Source of the DNA: Thalassobaculaceae bacterium
Lineage (GTDB): Bacteria > Pseudomonadota > Alphaproteobacteria > Thalassobaculales > Thalassobaculaceae
Direction of reading: 5' to 3'
DNA: 64,000 nucleotides
NCBI GenBank assembly: GCA_965228875.1
Contig: OZ245843.1
Span: 1,842,616 to 1,906,615, forward strand
A program made the translations under genes and the position numbers. The first letter of the stretch is position 1; each line of letters opens with the position of its first letter. This document shows positions 21,009 to 30,521 of this stretch, one piece after another. The notes below the pieces were generated by a model. The model did no database searches. It saw nothing but the letters and a program-made list of their open reading frames with translations, and was not told the origin of the DNA.

Positions 21009-21791
21009 TCACAGCCGCCTCGCCGAGCCGGAGTCGACGCGGAACACGAGAAGGTCAGCCCGTCGCTCGAGTTGGCCGGTCAGTTCGACATAGTGGCCGG
21101 TATGGGCGAGCACGTCGTCGGGCAGCGCCTTGCCCGCCCGGTCGCCCAGCAGCATGACCAGCGGCGCCCCCGCCTCGCGGTAGACCACGAACATCGGCGG
21201 AATACCGCCGATCAGGCAGAGATTGGCGCAGAGCTTATGGGTCTTTCCCTGCCCCGGCCGCATGGCACCGAGATAGCATTTCGAGTCCACAATCTCGCCG
21301 CGCAGGGTCCGTGCGCCAAGATCTTCGGTCGCCGGCCGCCACCCTGCGGGCACCGCCGCGGCATCCTCCGCCGGACGCAGGCGGACCTTGCCGCCGACCT
21401 GGATGAACTCGACGCCGACCTCCCCGCGGCCGAGCGCGATGCCGCCGACATCGGCCGCGCCGCCCTCGAGCGCCTCGGCCGCCGCCTGGACACCACGTTT
21501 GCCCTGACCCGACAGAACCACCGCGCGCCCCCGGGGGTGATCCGCGTCCGGCGGCGTGTAGAGAACCGGGTAGGGTTCGGCCAGCAGCACGCCCGTCCGC
21601 GTCTGGTAGCCGTCGCCCCACCGGAACGATGCGTCGCCCCAGTCGCCCTGGGCGACGGCGAATACGGCGGCGACCGCCACGCCGGCACCGATCAGTCCGC
21701 CGGCGACGACCGCCAGGAACCCGACCAGGGCCCGAGGCACCGGCATGTAGCCGACGAAGAACGCATCCCGCGATCCGGGTCCGCTGCTCAT
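21009..21791 (-). CDS. Hypothetical membrane-anchored protein with Cys/His cluster
   Basis: FFVGY then TM helix; DSKCYLGAMRPG..THKLCANLCLIGGIPP; ATGA overlap with upstream gene. Confidence 0.8.
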   Translation of the reverse strand: MSSGPGSRDAFFVGYMPVPRALVGFLAVVAGGLIGAGVAVAAVFAVAQGDWGDASFRWGDGYQTRTGVLLAEPYPVLYTPPDADHPRGRAVVLSGQGKRGVQAAAEALEGGAADVGGIALGRGEVGVEFIQVGGKVRLRPAEDAAAVPAGWRPATEDLGARTLRGEIVDSKCYLGAMRPGQGKTHKLCANLCLIGGIPPMFVVYREAGAPLVMLLGDRAGKALPDDVLAHTGHYVELTGQLERRADLLVFRVDSGSARRL

Positions 21792-22846
21792 ACCGCGCCC
21801 TCCTCCAGGATGATCGGCGGTGTCCGGGTGCCCGGTGGCAGGGGGCGCGGATCGATCATCACGTAGTCGCCGTCGCGGCGCACCCGGAAGGTCGGCACCC
21901 TCTCCGTGAACGGCGCCGGAGCGCGGCCGGTTTCCGGGTCGTACTGAAAACCGTGCCACGGGCAGGTGACGCAGCCGTCGCGGATCCGGCCCTCGCCGAG
22001 TGGGCCGTTCTGATGGGCGCAGGCGTTCCAGAGCGCCGAGATCCGGTCGCCGTAGCGGAACACCGCCGCCCGCTCGCCGTCCGGCAGCGTCACCGTGCGG
22101 CCGCGACCGTCCTCCAACTCGTCGATCCGCAGCGCCCGGACCCACTCGCCTGACACCTCCAGGGCGGCATGGGCCCGGTCGTTCCGCTCCTCGACCCTGC
22201 CGGCGGCGATGTGCAGACCGCAGACCAGCGCTAGGCTCAGTGCCACCATCGCCGGGAACGCCGCGCTGTCCTCGGCCTGAACGACGCCGAGCACGACATG
22301 CATCACCACCAGCGCATAGGCGAGGTAGACCAGCATGTGCAGGGTCTTCCAGGTCCTGGGACCGAGGAAGGCGAGCCAGAAGTCGTGACTGGTCGCCGCC
22401 ATAGCGAACAGGATCGCCAGCGCCATCAGGCCCAGCCACTCGAACGGAAAGCCGATGAAAGAGGTCACGTCGGTATTGGCGACCAGCAGCGCCGTCCACG
22501 GGCCGATCGGCGAGAACGCCGCATACCAGCCGAGCACGGCATAGAGATGCGCGAGCGCGACGAAGAAGGTCAGCACGCCGAAGTGTCGCCGGTTGTAGAG
22601 CACCGGGAGGAACCTGCGATCGAGCCGCGCCAGCGGGCCGATGCACAGGATCACCGTCAGCATCCAGAACGTGCAGGTGCCGAACGCGCGCATGCGCAGT
22701 TCCGCCCCGCCGATGGTCGGCGGTTCGATCCAGCCCGGGGCATAGCGCAGATAAACGATCAGATAGGCCGCGACGCCGAGGCCGAGCGCGATGTCGTAGG
22801 CCAGCTTGTACGGGGTCCACTGGACCGGGCGATATGAGACGCTCAT
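21788..22846 (-). CDS. Ferric-reductase-like transmembrane (MsrQ-type) domain fused to Rieske [2Fe-2S] domain
   Basis: NRRHFG, LAH, ATS, WKTLHMLVY..H heme-ligand pattern; C-terminal CAHQNG...CPWHG. Confidence 0.88.
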   Translation of the reverse strand: MSVSYRPVQWTPYKLAYDIALGLGVAAYLIVYLRYAPGWIEPPTIGGAELRMRAFGTCTFWMLTVILCIGPLARLDRRFLPVLYNRRHFGVLTFFVALAHLYAVLGWYAAFSPIGPWTALLVANTDVTSFIGFPFEWLGLMALAILFAMAATSHDFWLAFLGPRTWKTLHMLVYLAYALVVMHVVLGVVQAEDSAAFPAMVALSLALVCGLHIAAGRVEERNDRAHAALEVSGEWVRALRIDELEDGRGRTVTLPDGERAAVFRYGDRISALWNACAHQNGPLGEGRIRDGCVTCPWHGFQYDPETGRAPAPFTERVPTFRVRRDGDYVMIDPRPLPPGTRTPPIILEEGAV

Positions 22847-23001
22847 CCCCTCGTCTCCCCCTGTCCAGGTTCTTCGACCACCGGCCCCGGTTCGACCGGT
22901 CGCTCCTGTTTCAGCACCAGTCCGAGCAGCAGACCGACGGCAAGGGTCAGGGTGAGCGCCGGCCAGATCCGGCGGTGGGCGTGTCGCCAGGGCGCCTGCA
23001 T
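22843..23001 (-). CDS. Small single-TM hypothetical protein (52 aa)
   Basis: MQAPWRHAHRRIWPALTLTLAVGLLLGL; start/stop overlaps on both sides. Confidence 0.7.
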   Translation of the reverse strand: MQAPWRHAHRRIWPALTLTLAVGLLLGLVLKQERPVEPGPVVEEPGQGETRG

Positions 23002-23222
23002 CAGACGCCCTCCCCGTCCGGTGCGGGCCGACGGACCCAGCGCCACAGCACCAGCGGCCAGAGGCCGACGACGCCGGGCAACGCCAGCAGTCGGAACAGG
23101 TAGGCGCGCCGGGCGGACGGGTCGATCCGGTCGACACCCCACAACAGAAAGGCGGCAGCCACCGCCGCACCGGCCCACATATAGGCCTGGGCAACCTGAA
23201 TGAGCACGCTGGCCAGGGTCAT
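23001..23222 (-). CDS. Small two-TM hypothetical protein (73 aa)
   Basis: GVDRIDPSARRAYLFRLLALPGVVGLWPLVLWRW; GGAG RBS; TGATG coupling to next gene. Confidence 0.72.
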   Translation of the reverse strand: MTLASVLIQVAQAYMWAGAAVAAAFLLWGVDRIDPSARRAYLFRLLALPGVVGLWPLVLWRWVRRPAPDGEGV

Positions 23223-23369
23223 CCGCCGCTCCCGCTCCCTCTCTACGCATCGAGGATCGTTGCCCCGTCCAATGCGGGCAAGGCCGATTGCGTTACACGG
23301 CGCGCAACCCGCGCGGATGTGATCGCAGCGGTCGCCTGCTAGGCTCGGAGGAAACCGGGAGGAACTCGA

Positions 23370-24509
23370 ATGAAGATCACCGCCATCCGCGCCCATGTTC
23401 TGGAAGCGCCGATCGAGGACCGCTTCGCCTTCAGCCAGACCTGGGTCGACCGGCGCGTCGGTCTTGTCGTCGAGATCGAGACCGATGCCGGGATCACCGG
23501 CTGGGGCGACGGGTACGGACCGCCCTGGGCGCTGGCGACGGTCATCGAACGGTACTACGCGCCGCGCCTTGTCGGCCGCTCGCCGCTGGCCGGCGACGCG
23601 ATCTGGGAGGAGCTGTACAACGGGCTGCGCGACCACGGGCAGCGCGGCGTCCCGGTCCAGGCCCTGTCGGCCGTCGACATCGCGCTTTGGGACCTGCGGG
23701 GCAAGCATCTGGGTGTCCCGGTTCACGTGCTGATGGGTGGGCCGATCCGTTCGACCGTGCGGGCCTATGCCACCGGCCTCTACCGGCGCAGCGACGACAG
23801 GGCGGAGAACCACCGCCTGCTGGCGGCGGAAGCACAGGGCTATCTCGACGCCGGCTTCACCGCGATGAAGACCAAGGTCGGATTCGGTTTCGACGACGAC
23901 ATCGCCCTGGTCGAGATGCTGCGCGGCACGATCGGCGACGAGACCGCCCTGTTCGTCGACGCCAACCACGGCTGCGACCGGGTCCAGGCCGCCCGCCTCG
24001 CCCGCGCCATGGAGCCGCTCGATATCGGCTGGTTCGAGGAACCGGTCGAGCCCGAGGACATCGATGGCTATGCCGAGCTGCGCACCCGCACCTCGATCCC
24101 GATCGCCGGCGGCGAATGCTCCTTCACCCGCCACGACTTCCGCCGCATCCTCGAGGCGCGGGCGATGGACGTCATCCAGCCCGACACCGCGTCGTGCGGC
24201 GGGCTGACCGAGGCCAAGCGGATCGCCGACATGGCCTGGACCCACGGCACCCGATACAACCCGCATGTCTGGGGCACCGGGATCGGTCTCGCGGCGGCGA
24301 TGCAGCTTCTCGCCGTGCTGCCGACCACGACACCGGCCTTCGGCGCCCACCAGCCGCTCCTGGAATACGACAGCACCCCGCACCCCTTCCGCCAGGGTCT
24401 TCTGGTCCAGCCGGTGAGGGTCGAGGACGGCATCGCCCACGTCCCCGAAGGCCCCGGACTCGGTATCGAGATCCGCCGCGACGTCCTGGATCGCTGGCGG
24501 GTAAACTGA
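23370..24509 (+). CDS. Mandelate racemase / muconate lactonizing enzyme family (D-galactarolactone cycloisomerase-like)
   Basis: KTKVG, VDANH, WFEEP, AGGE, QPD, PHVWG. Confidence 0.9.
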   Translation: MKITAIRAHVLEAPIEDRFAFSQTWVDRRVGLVVEIETDAGITGWGDGYGPPWALATVIERYYAPRLVGRSPLAGDAIWEELYNGLRDHGQRGVPVQALSAVDIALWDLRGKHLGVPVHVLMGGPIRSTVRAYATGLYRRSDDRAENHRLLAAEAQGYLDAGFTAMKTKVGFGFDDDIALVEMLRGTIGDETALFVDANHGCDRVQAARLARAMEPLDIGWFEEPVEPEDIDGYAELRTRTSIPIAGGECSFTRHDFRRILEARAMDVIQPDTASCGGLTEAKRIADMAWTHGTRYNPHVWGTGIGLAAAMQLLAVLPTTTPAFGAHQPLLEYDSTPHPFRQGLLVQPVRVEDGIAHVPEGPGLGIEIRRDVLDRWRVN

Positions 24510-24576
24510 GGCGCGCCGCGTCTCGACGCCTCGACCCCGGTCCTGATAGTCTGCCGGCGCCGCGCCCGTGGTGCGG

Positions 24577-24734
24577 CACGTTATCGGGGCGGGGTGGAAG
24601 TCCCCACCGGCGGTGATGTCCCGGACCGGGTCCGGGGCTCAGCCCGCGAGCGCCTTCGGGTTCAAATCCGGAGGGTCAGCAGATCCGGTGCGATCCCGGA
24701 GCCGACGGTCACAGTCCGGATGGAAGATAACGAA
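24577..24734 (+). ncRNA. FMN riboswitch (RFN element)
   Basis: GGGGCGGGGTGGAAGTCCCCACCGGCGGT, AGCCCGCGAGCG, GCAGATCCGGTGCGATCCCGGAGCCGACGGTCACAGTCCGGATGGAAGA; closing stem CGTTATC/GATAACG; directly upstream of ribH. Confidence 0.95.
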
Positions 24735-24822
24735 GGAGAGAGACGCACGGCGCCTGATCGGCGCGCTGTGGGCTCGCGAGTTCGTACGCCCTGGTTCACG
24801 TCCCTTGATCGAGGAGGACAGC

Positions 24823-25326
24823 ATGAATCAGAGCACCGGGACCAACGCTGAAACCCAGACCGAAACCAACACCGAAACCGACCGCATCGCCTTCATCCAG
24901 GCCCGCTGGCACGCCGAGATCGTCGACGCCTGCCGCGTCTCGTTCATCGAGACCCTGTCGCGGGAACGGCCGGGCACCTTCACCGTGGACGTCCACGACG
25001 TGCCGGGAGCCTTCGAGATCCCGCTGCTGGCCCGCCGGCTGGCGAAGACCCGGCGGTACCGCGCCGTCGTCGCCTCGGCCTTCGTGGTCGATGGCGGCAT
25101 CTACCGCCACGATTTCGTCGCACAGAGCGTCATCTCCGGCCTCATGCAGGCGCAGATGGAGGCCGATGTCCCGGTGCTCTCGGCGGTGCTCACCCCGCAC
25201 CGCTTTCACGAGACCGAGGAGCACAAGGCGTTCTTCCTCGAGCACTTCCGGGTCAAGGGCCGCGAGGTGGCCGACGCCTGCCTGGCGGTTGTCGACGGGT
25301 CTGTCGCGGCGGCGACGGCGGCGTGA
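24823..25326 (+). CDS. ribH: 6,7-dimethyl-8-ribityllumazine synthase, type II (RibH2)
   Basis: IQARWH, VPGAFEIP, DGGIYRHDFV, VLTPH; GAGGAGG RBS. Confidence 0.93.
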   Translation: MNQSTGTNAETQTETNTETDRIAFIQARWHAEIVDACRVSFIETLSRERPGTFTVDVHDVPGAFEIPLLARRLAKTRRYRAVVASAFVVDGGIYRHDFVAQSVISGLMQAQMEADVPVLSAVLTPHRFHETEEHKAFFLEHFRVKGREVADACLAVVDGSVAAATAA

Positions 25327-25371
25327 CGGCCGACCAGGCTGATCCCAGACGCGGTGACCGGCTCCCCGGTG

Positions 25372-26841
25372 CTACTGCGGACCGCCTGACAGCGGCCAGC
25401 AGCGCCGGAGCGCCGGGCGGGTATAGGGCAGCCGCTCCACATTCGAGGCGCAGACGCCGCCGGTGTCGACCACCACCGCCTCGCGGGCGATCGCCTGGAA
25501 CGCGATCTTCCAGGCGCTGCCCGACTTCGCCACCAGCGCCGGCTGGGCCGCCGGGTCGATCCCGACGCGACGCAGATGGGTGTCGTCGAACGGCATGACC
25601 CGCTCGCCGGTCAGCACGACGTTGAGGCCGAACTCCGTGCGGATGACGGCGACGTCGCCCATCGGCACCTCCTGGCCGGTCATATAGGCACCGTCGCGCA
25701 CATACCGCACGGCGGCCTCCTCGAAGATCACGTCGCCCGCGATGTCCACCGGCGCCCCGTGCAGATCCGGGAGGGTTCGGCCGCCGACCACCCCCGAGAA
25801 CCGGCGCTGGCCAAGCGCCGTGGCCGCAGCGACCGGGTCCCAGATCACGACCGTACCGCCAACCCGCCGACGCATCATCTCGGCCAGGATCGCCGTGCCG
25901 TCGCCCGGCGCGCCGCCGCCGACATTGTCGGCCGGTTCGACCAGCACCACCGGCCCTTCGCCCGGAACCGCCGCCCGCCGCACGGCTTCGTCGACCGGGA
26001 CCAGCGTCGGAAGGAACGCCTCGCGCGCCGCCTCGATCATCGCCGCCACCGCGTCGACCTCACGGTTCACGGCCACTGCATCGCTGCCATAGCCGGTCAC
26101 CGCGACCCCCAGATGATCGACATCGGCATAGGCGAAGCCCTGGGCAACGGAGATCACATCGACGCCGGGCACGCTCTCGGTCTCGGCGACGCGAGCCATC
26201 ACCGCATCCATCGGCGGCTCGGCCGTCGCCTGCATCTGCGGCACGGTGATCATCGCCAGCTTGCGGAACGCCTTGGCCGGTCTAGTACCGGCATCCAGCA
26301 TCGCCGCCAGCCGATGCGCCGCCTCTTCGCCGCGCGCGCCCATATCCGTGTGCGGAAAGGTGTCGTAGCCGATCAGCAGATCGCAGGCCTCGACCAGGGC
26401 CGGGCCGATATTGGCGTGCAGGTCATAGGTGGCGACCAGCGGTACGTCGTCGGGCACCCGCTCCCGCACCCGGCGGACCAGGGCGGCGTCAGTCTCCTCG
26501 ACCCCGTCGGCGACCATGGCACCGTGCAGGGCCAGCAGAATACCGTCCGGCCGTGCTGTCGCCGCGGCCTCGGCGATGCCGTCCGCCAGGGCCTCGAACG
26601 CCTCGCGGGTGACGGTACCGCTGGGGATTGCGCCGGCGAACAGGCCGGGAACGACGACGAGGCCCGCATCCTCCGCCCCCTTCAGCATGCCGCCGATCTC
26701 GGTGTTGGTCCCGGCATAACGCTCGACAAGGTCCGGGCCCTGTGCCCACTGATAGGCTCGGAACGCGGCGGCGTCGGTCGCGATCGGCGAGAACGTGTTG
26801 GTTTCGTGCCAGAGTCCGGCAATCAGCACCGTTGGTCGCAT
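25372..26841 (-). CDS. M81-family metallopeptidase (MlrC-like)
   Basis: HETNTFS, LHGAM, DLHAN, FPHTD, DNVGGG. Confidence 0.9.
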   Translation of the reverse strand: MRPTVLIAGLWHETNTFSPIATDAAAFRAYQWAQGPDLVERYAGTNTEIGGMLKGAEDAGLVVVPGLFAGAIPSGTVTREAFEALADGIAEAAATARPDGILLALHGAMVADGVEETDAALVRRVRERVPDDVPLVATYDLHANIGPALVEACDLLIGYDTFPHTDMGARGEEAAHRLAAMLDAGTRPAKAFRKLAMITVPQMQATAEPPMDAVMARVAETESVPGVDVISVAQGFAYADVDHLGVAVTGYGSDAVAVNREVDAVAAMIEAAREAFLPTLVPVDEAVRRAAVPGEGPVVLVEPADNVGGGAPGDGTAILAEMMRRRVGGTVVIWDPVAAATALGQRRFSGVVGGRTLPDLHGAPVDIAGDVIFEEAAVRYVRDGAYMTGQEVPMGDVAVIRTEFGLNVVLTGERVMPFDDTHLRRVGIDPAAQPALVAKSGSAWKIAFQAIAREAVVVDTGGVCASNVERLPYTRPALRRCWPLSGGPQ

Positions 26842-26897
26842 TCCCCCGCCCCGTCCGCTTCGGCATACTGCCGTACAAGAACCCCAGGGAGGCTAGC

Positions 26898-27461
26898 ATG
26901 TTCGATCTCGACCGCTTCATCGAGGACTGTTACGCGGCGCTTGAGGAGAAGACGCCCGAGCGCGCGGCCCAGGAGGTCGTGGCCCGGGCTGTCGACGATC
27001 CGCTGTCGGTCATGAAGGCGATCGGCGAGCCGGAAAGGGCCGGCGTCAACACGCTGTACCGTTCCGACCGGCTGACGGTGCTCAATCTGGTTTGGGGACC
27101 GAAGATGCATCTGATGCCGCACAATCACAACATGTGGGCGTCGATCGGGATCTACACCGGAGCCGAGGTCAATACCTTCTGGCGGCGGCAGGAGAACGGG
27201 CTGCAGCAGCTCGGCGGCAAGGAGATGACCGAAAGGGACGCGAGCTGGATGGGCGATACGGCGATCCATTCGGTCACCAACCCCCTCGACCGCCTCACCG
27301 GCGCCCTGCACGTTTATGGCGGCGATTTCTTCGCGCCCGGCCGCAGCGAATGGGACGCCGAGACCCTCGAGGAAGCGCCCTACGACAGCGAGAAGCTGGT
27401 CCGTCTGTTCGAGGAGAGCAACCAGCGCCTGGAGGAACTGAAGGCCACCGGCGCGGTGTGA
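26898..27461 (+). CDS. Cupin / cysteine-dioxygenase-like metal-binding protein
   Basis: PHNH, IHSVTNP, LHVYGGDFF; GGGAGG RBS. Confidence 0.8.
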   Translation: MFDLDRFIEDCYAALEEKTPERAAQEVVARAVDDPLSVMKAIGEPERAGVNTLYRSDRLTVLNLVWGPKMHLMPHNHNMWASIGIYTGAEVNTFWRRQENGLQQLGGKEMTERDASWMGDTAIHSVTNPLDRLTGALHVYGGDFFAPGRSEWDAETLEEAPYDSEKLVRLFEESNQRLEELKATGAV

Positions 27462-27476
27462 CGGGACGACGGGGGC

Positions 27477-27725
27477 CTACTGCCCCCGGTCCACCTTCCC
27501 AACGCCGTCATCGACCGGCGGCTGGTCCGGAGCCGCCGTCCCATCCGGCTCCGGCGCCCGAAGGAAGCCGTCGCGCGGCGTGCACTGGTCCGTGAAGATC
27601 TGGGTGACCATGCTTTCCTTGCACTGCGCCCATGGCCGCTCGAGCTGACCGCTGTCCGCCATATACATCGCGGTGATCATGCCGACCGCCACCAGCGCCA
27701 GGATGATCCAAGTGCTTCTGCCCAT
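27477..27725 (-). CDS. Small exported hypothetical protein
   Basis: N-terminal TM, two Cys (QCKES...QCTPR); GGAG RBS. Confidence 0.65.
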   Translation of the reverse strand: MGRSTWIILALVAVGMITAMYMADSGQLERPWAQCKESMVTQIFTDQCTPRDGFLRAPEPDGTAAPDQPPVDDGVGKVDRGQ

Positions 27726-27790
27726 CGTGTTCTCCGTCTCACGCGATCGCCCCCGCAATATGGGGACGACGATCGCGCCCGCCAGGGGCA

Positions 27791-28234
27791 TCAGGTCGGC
27801 CAGTCGACCACATGTTCGATGAGCTCGGCATCCTCGACGACGGTTTCCGAGATCACCCGCCCGCGCACCGAGATACCGGCCTCATGTACGGAATTCGGAT
27901 CGCCGCTGACCAGCGGGTGCCACCAATACAATGGCTTGCCGTCCTTCAGCAGACGGTAGGCGCAGGTCGACGGCATCCATTCGAGCTGGTTGACCACCTT
28001 GGCGCTCAGCACAACGCAGTCAGGCACCTCCGCCTTGCGGTTGGCGTAGTCCGAGCAGCGGCAGCTGTCGCAGTCGAGCAGCCGGCAGGCGACGTCGGTG
28101 TAGGCGATCTCGTCGGTGTCCGGGTCCTGCAGCTTGACCAGGCAGCACTTGCCGCAGCCGTCGCACAGGCTTTCCCACTCGTCCGGCGTCATCTGCGAGA
28201 GGGGCTTGGCCTCCCAGAACGGTCGGTCAGTCAC
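27791..28234 (-). CDS. YcgN-family (UPF0260) cysteine-cluster protein
   Basis: [21 protein letters not shown]. Confidence 0.92.
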   Translation of the reverse strand: MTDRPFWEAKPLSQMTPDEWESLCDGCGKCCLVKLQDPDTDEIAYTDVACRLLDCDSCRCSDYANRKAEVPDCVVLSAKVVNQLEWMPSTCAYRLLKDGKPLYWWHPLVSGDPNSVHEAGISVRGRVISETVVEDAELIEHVVDWPT

Positions 28235-29009
28235 GGTATCCGGGATCGATACGGTCCATCTTGCGCATCAGGGCGGCAAACTCCAGCGCGCCGTATTCCG
28301 CTTCCGAACTGGCGAAGCCGTTGACGTCCTCGCCCGACTTCTTGGCGATGTTGTCGGTCAGCACGTTGAGCGTGCCCGCAGCCCCCGCGTCGATCTGCAC
28401 CTGGGCCGCCCGCTCCAGGCGGTACAGCCACAGGAACGCCTCCGCGACGGTCCGACCGGTGGTCAGCAGGCCGTGGTTGCGCAGCACCATGGCGTGGTTG
28501 TCGCCCAGGCTCTCGACGATACGCTCGCGCTCGTCGAGATACAGGCTCACCCCCTCGTAGTCGTGGTAGCTGATCCGGTCGACGAACGCGGTCGAGCCCA
28601 TGGAGATCGGCTGCACCCCTTCCTTGACGGCGGCCAGCGCCATGCCCGCCCTGGAATGGGTGTGCATCACCACCTGGTGGTTCTCGCTGTGCGCCATGTG
28701 CACGGCGGAATGGATGACGAAGCCTGCCTGATTCACCGGATAGGGGTTGTCGGTGTCGATCTTGTTCCCCTCGACATCGATCTTCACCAGGTTCGAGGCC
28801 GTGACCTCGTCGTAGTTCAGGCCGTAGGGGTTGATCAGAAAGTGAAGATCCGGGCCCGGCACCTTGGCGGTCAGATGGCCGTAGATTAGCTCGCACCAGC
28901 CGAAATAGTCGACCATGCGATAGGCGGCGGCGAGCTGAACGCGCAGATCCCACTCGGCGTCGCTCACGCCGGCAGGCCGGGCTACCTTTGCAGGGCTGAG
29001 TTCGTTCAT
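28227..29009 (-). CDS. Class II aldolase/adducin family protein
   Basis: [25 protein letters not shown]. Confidence 0.92.
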   Translation of the reverse strand: MNELSPAKVARPAGVSDAEWDLRVQLAAAYRMVDYFGWCELIYGHLTAKVPGPDLHFLINPYGLNYDEVTASNLVKIDVEGNKIDTDNPYPVNQAGFVIHSAVHMAHSENHQVVMHTHSRAGMALAAVKEGVQPISMGSTAFVDRISYHDYEGVSLYLDERERIVESLGDNHAMVLRNHGLLTTGRTVAEAFLWLYRLERAAQVQIDAGAAGTLNVLTDNIAKKSGEDVNGFASSEAEYGALEFAALMRKMDRIDPGYRD

Positions 29010-29028
29010 CGGGCTCCTCCTGATCCTG

Positions 29029-29883
29029 TCATTGGCTCCTGGTGCGGATCTCCTCCAGCACGGGCATAAGGTATTCGCGGAACTTGTCCGGGTTCTCGCT
29101 CATCGGGAAATGGCCGACCTCCCGCATGATCACCGCCTCGGCCCCGTCGATCGCGGCCGCGGTCCGCTCGGTATCCTGCGGCGTGCAAGAATAGTCGTAC
29201 TCGCCGGTCAGAAGGTAGAGCGGGCAGCGGCCGGTGTCGATCAGGTGGGTGCGGTCGCGGAAATCCGAGTCCTCGCGATAGAAGTACAGATCGCCCCGAA
29301 ACACACCGGGGCCGCTCTGCATATAGCCCCACAGCGTCTCCCAGCGGAACTCGTCCGGCGACTGCGGCGCCACCAGACCCGACACCATGGCGGCGCAGAT
29401 CTCGCCGCCATGCACATCGCCGCGGTGCAGCCAACTGGTATCGTACCAGGAGGTTTGGTGATCCGCGCACTCCACGCCGATCAGGGCGCGGAACCGTTCA
29501 GGATGGTGCGCCGCCAGGTGCAGCACGATCCGCCCGCCCATGGAGCACCCGATCAGCGCCGGCCGGTCGAGCTCCATCGCCGAGGCGACGGTGAGGATCG
29601 CATCGGTGTAGAGCTCGGTGGTGAGCTGATATTCTTCGTCCTCGAACCCCACAGGCGGGTTGGACTTTCCGTGCCACGGCAGATCGAAAGCGATGACCCG
29701 GAAATGCTCGGTCACGGCCGGATCGGTCATCATGTGGCGGTACTGGCGTCCGTCGGAGCCGGCGGTATGCAGGCAGAGCAGCGGGATACCCTGGCCGGCC
29801 TCCTCGATATAGACGCGGCAGTCGCGGCCGCCGATCCGCAGGGTGGCGTAGCGGCCGACGATGGGCTCATAGGTCAGCGCCAT
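29029..29883 (-). CDS. Alpha/beta hydrolase
   Basis: LHTAG, DLPWHGKS, GCSMGG nucleophile elbow, GHFP. Confidence 0.9.
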   Translation of the reverse strand: MALTYEPIVGRYATLRIGGRDCRVYIEEAGQGIPLLCLHTAGSDGRQYRHMMTDPAVTEHFRVIAFDLPWHGKSNPPVGFEDEEYQLTTELYTDAILTVASAMELDRPALIGCSMGGRIVLHLAAHHPERFRALIGVECADHQTSWYDTSWLHRGDVHGGEICAAMVSGLVAPQSPDEFRWETLWGYMQSGPGVFRGDLYFYREDSDFRDRTHLIDTGRCPLYLLTGEYDYSCTPQDTERTAAAIDGAEAVIMREVGHFPMSENPDKFREYLMPVLEEIRTRSQ

Positions 29884-29886
29884 GCC

Positions 29887-30282
29887 TCACGCCCTCCCGG
29901 CGGTGCGGGGCGCCGCCAGTACGTCCTTGACATAACGCAGATGCGCCATCAGGGGTTGCAGATCACCCTCCAGGCTGGCGACACCGAGCCGGGTCATGGC
30001 GATGACGTCGTGGTAACCGGGGGCCGGCATCGGCTCCCAGTGCCGAGCCCAGGCCGAGGCCTGCGCCTTGATGGCAAAACGCCAGGACCTCATGCGGAAA
30101 GGCCCGGTCTCCACCGCATCGATCCGGCCCTCCGTCACGCGGATATGCACCGGAAGGTCGTCGGCCTGGACCAGAAACTCCGCGGACAGCGTCCGCCCGC
30201 GGCGAACCAGCGGTGTTCTGCCGTTTACCATCGCAGGTAGTTGCGCGAGAGTATGAGCGATCTCTTCGGCGGTCATGTCCAT
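29887..30282 (-). CDS. Hypothetical protein (SCP2-like fold possible), co-oriented with the hydrolase
   Basis: C-terminal LEGDLQPLMAHLRYVKDVL; start uncertain (30282 or 30276). Confidence 0.7.
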   Translation of the reverse strand: MDMTAEEIAHTLAQLPAMVNGRTPLVRRGRTLSAEFLVQADDLPVHIRVTEGRIDAVETGPFRMRSWRFAIKAQASAWARHWEPMPAPGYHDVIAMTRLGVASLEGDLQPLMAHLRYVKDVLAAPRTAGRA

Positions 30283-30360
30283 CCCTTCAGCGTCGTTTTC
30301 GCCAGGATAGGACAGCGGACATCGTTGGCGATAGGGGTGCAGAACGCTGCGGAAACGCGG

Positions 30361-30412
30361 CCCGAATACCGGGCTCGAGTATCGGGCCCGAGCACCGGGC
30401 CCGAGCACCGGG
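30361..30412. repeat. Four tandem 13-bp units, consensus CCCGAGCACCGGG
   Basis: cccgaataccggg ctcgagtatcggg cccgagcaccggg cccgagcaccggg in a divergent intergenic region. Confidence 0.8.
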
Positions 30413-30521
30413 TAGGTCACGAAATGTTAACCAGTGTCGATGTCAAACTGCTGCTGTCATCCCGACCGGCAAGGCATTGGACAGACGCGCCGGTCGACAC
30501 CAGCCCGAGTTGTGTCAAACC

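Noticed and set aside
30361..30412. Possible CRISPR array (also 60837-60877 and the 115-bp repeats)
   Set aside because: Units are too short or dispersed, there are no unique spacers, and no cas genes are present.
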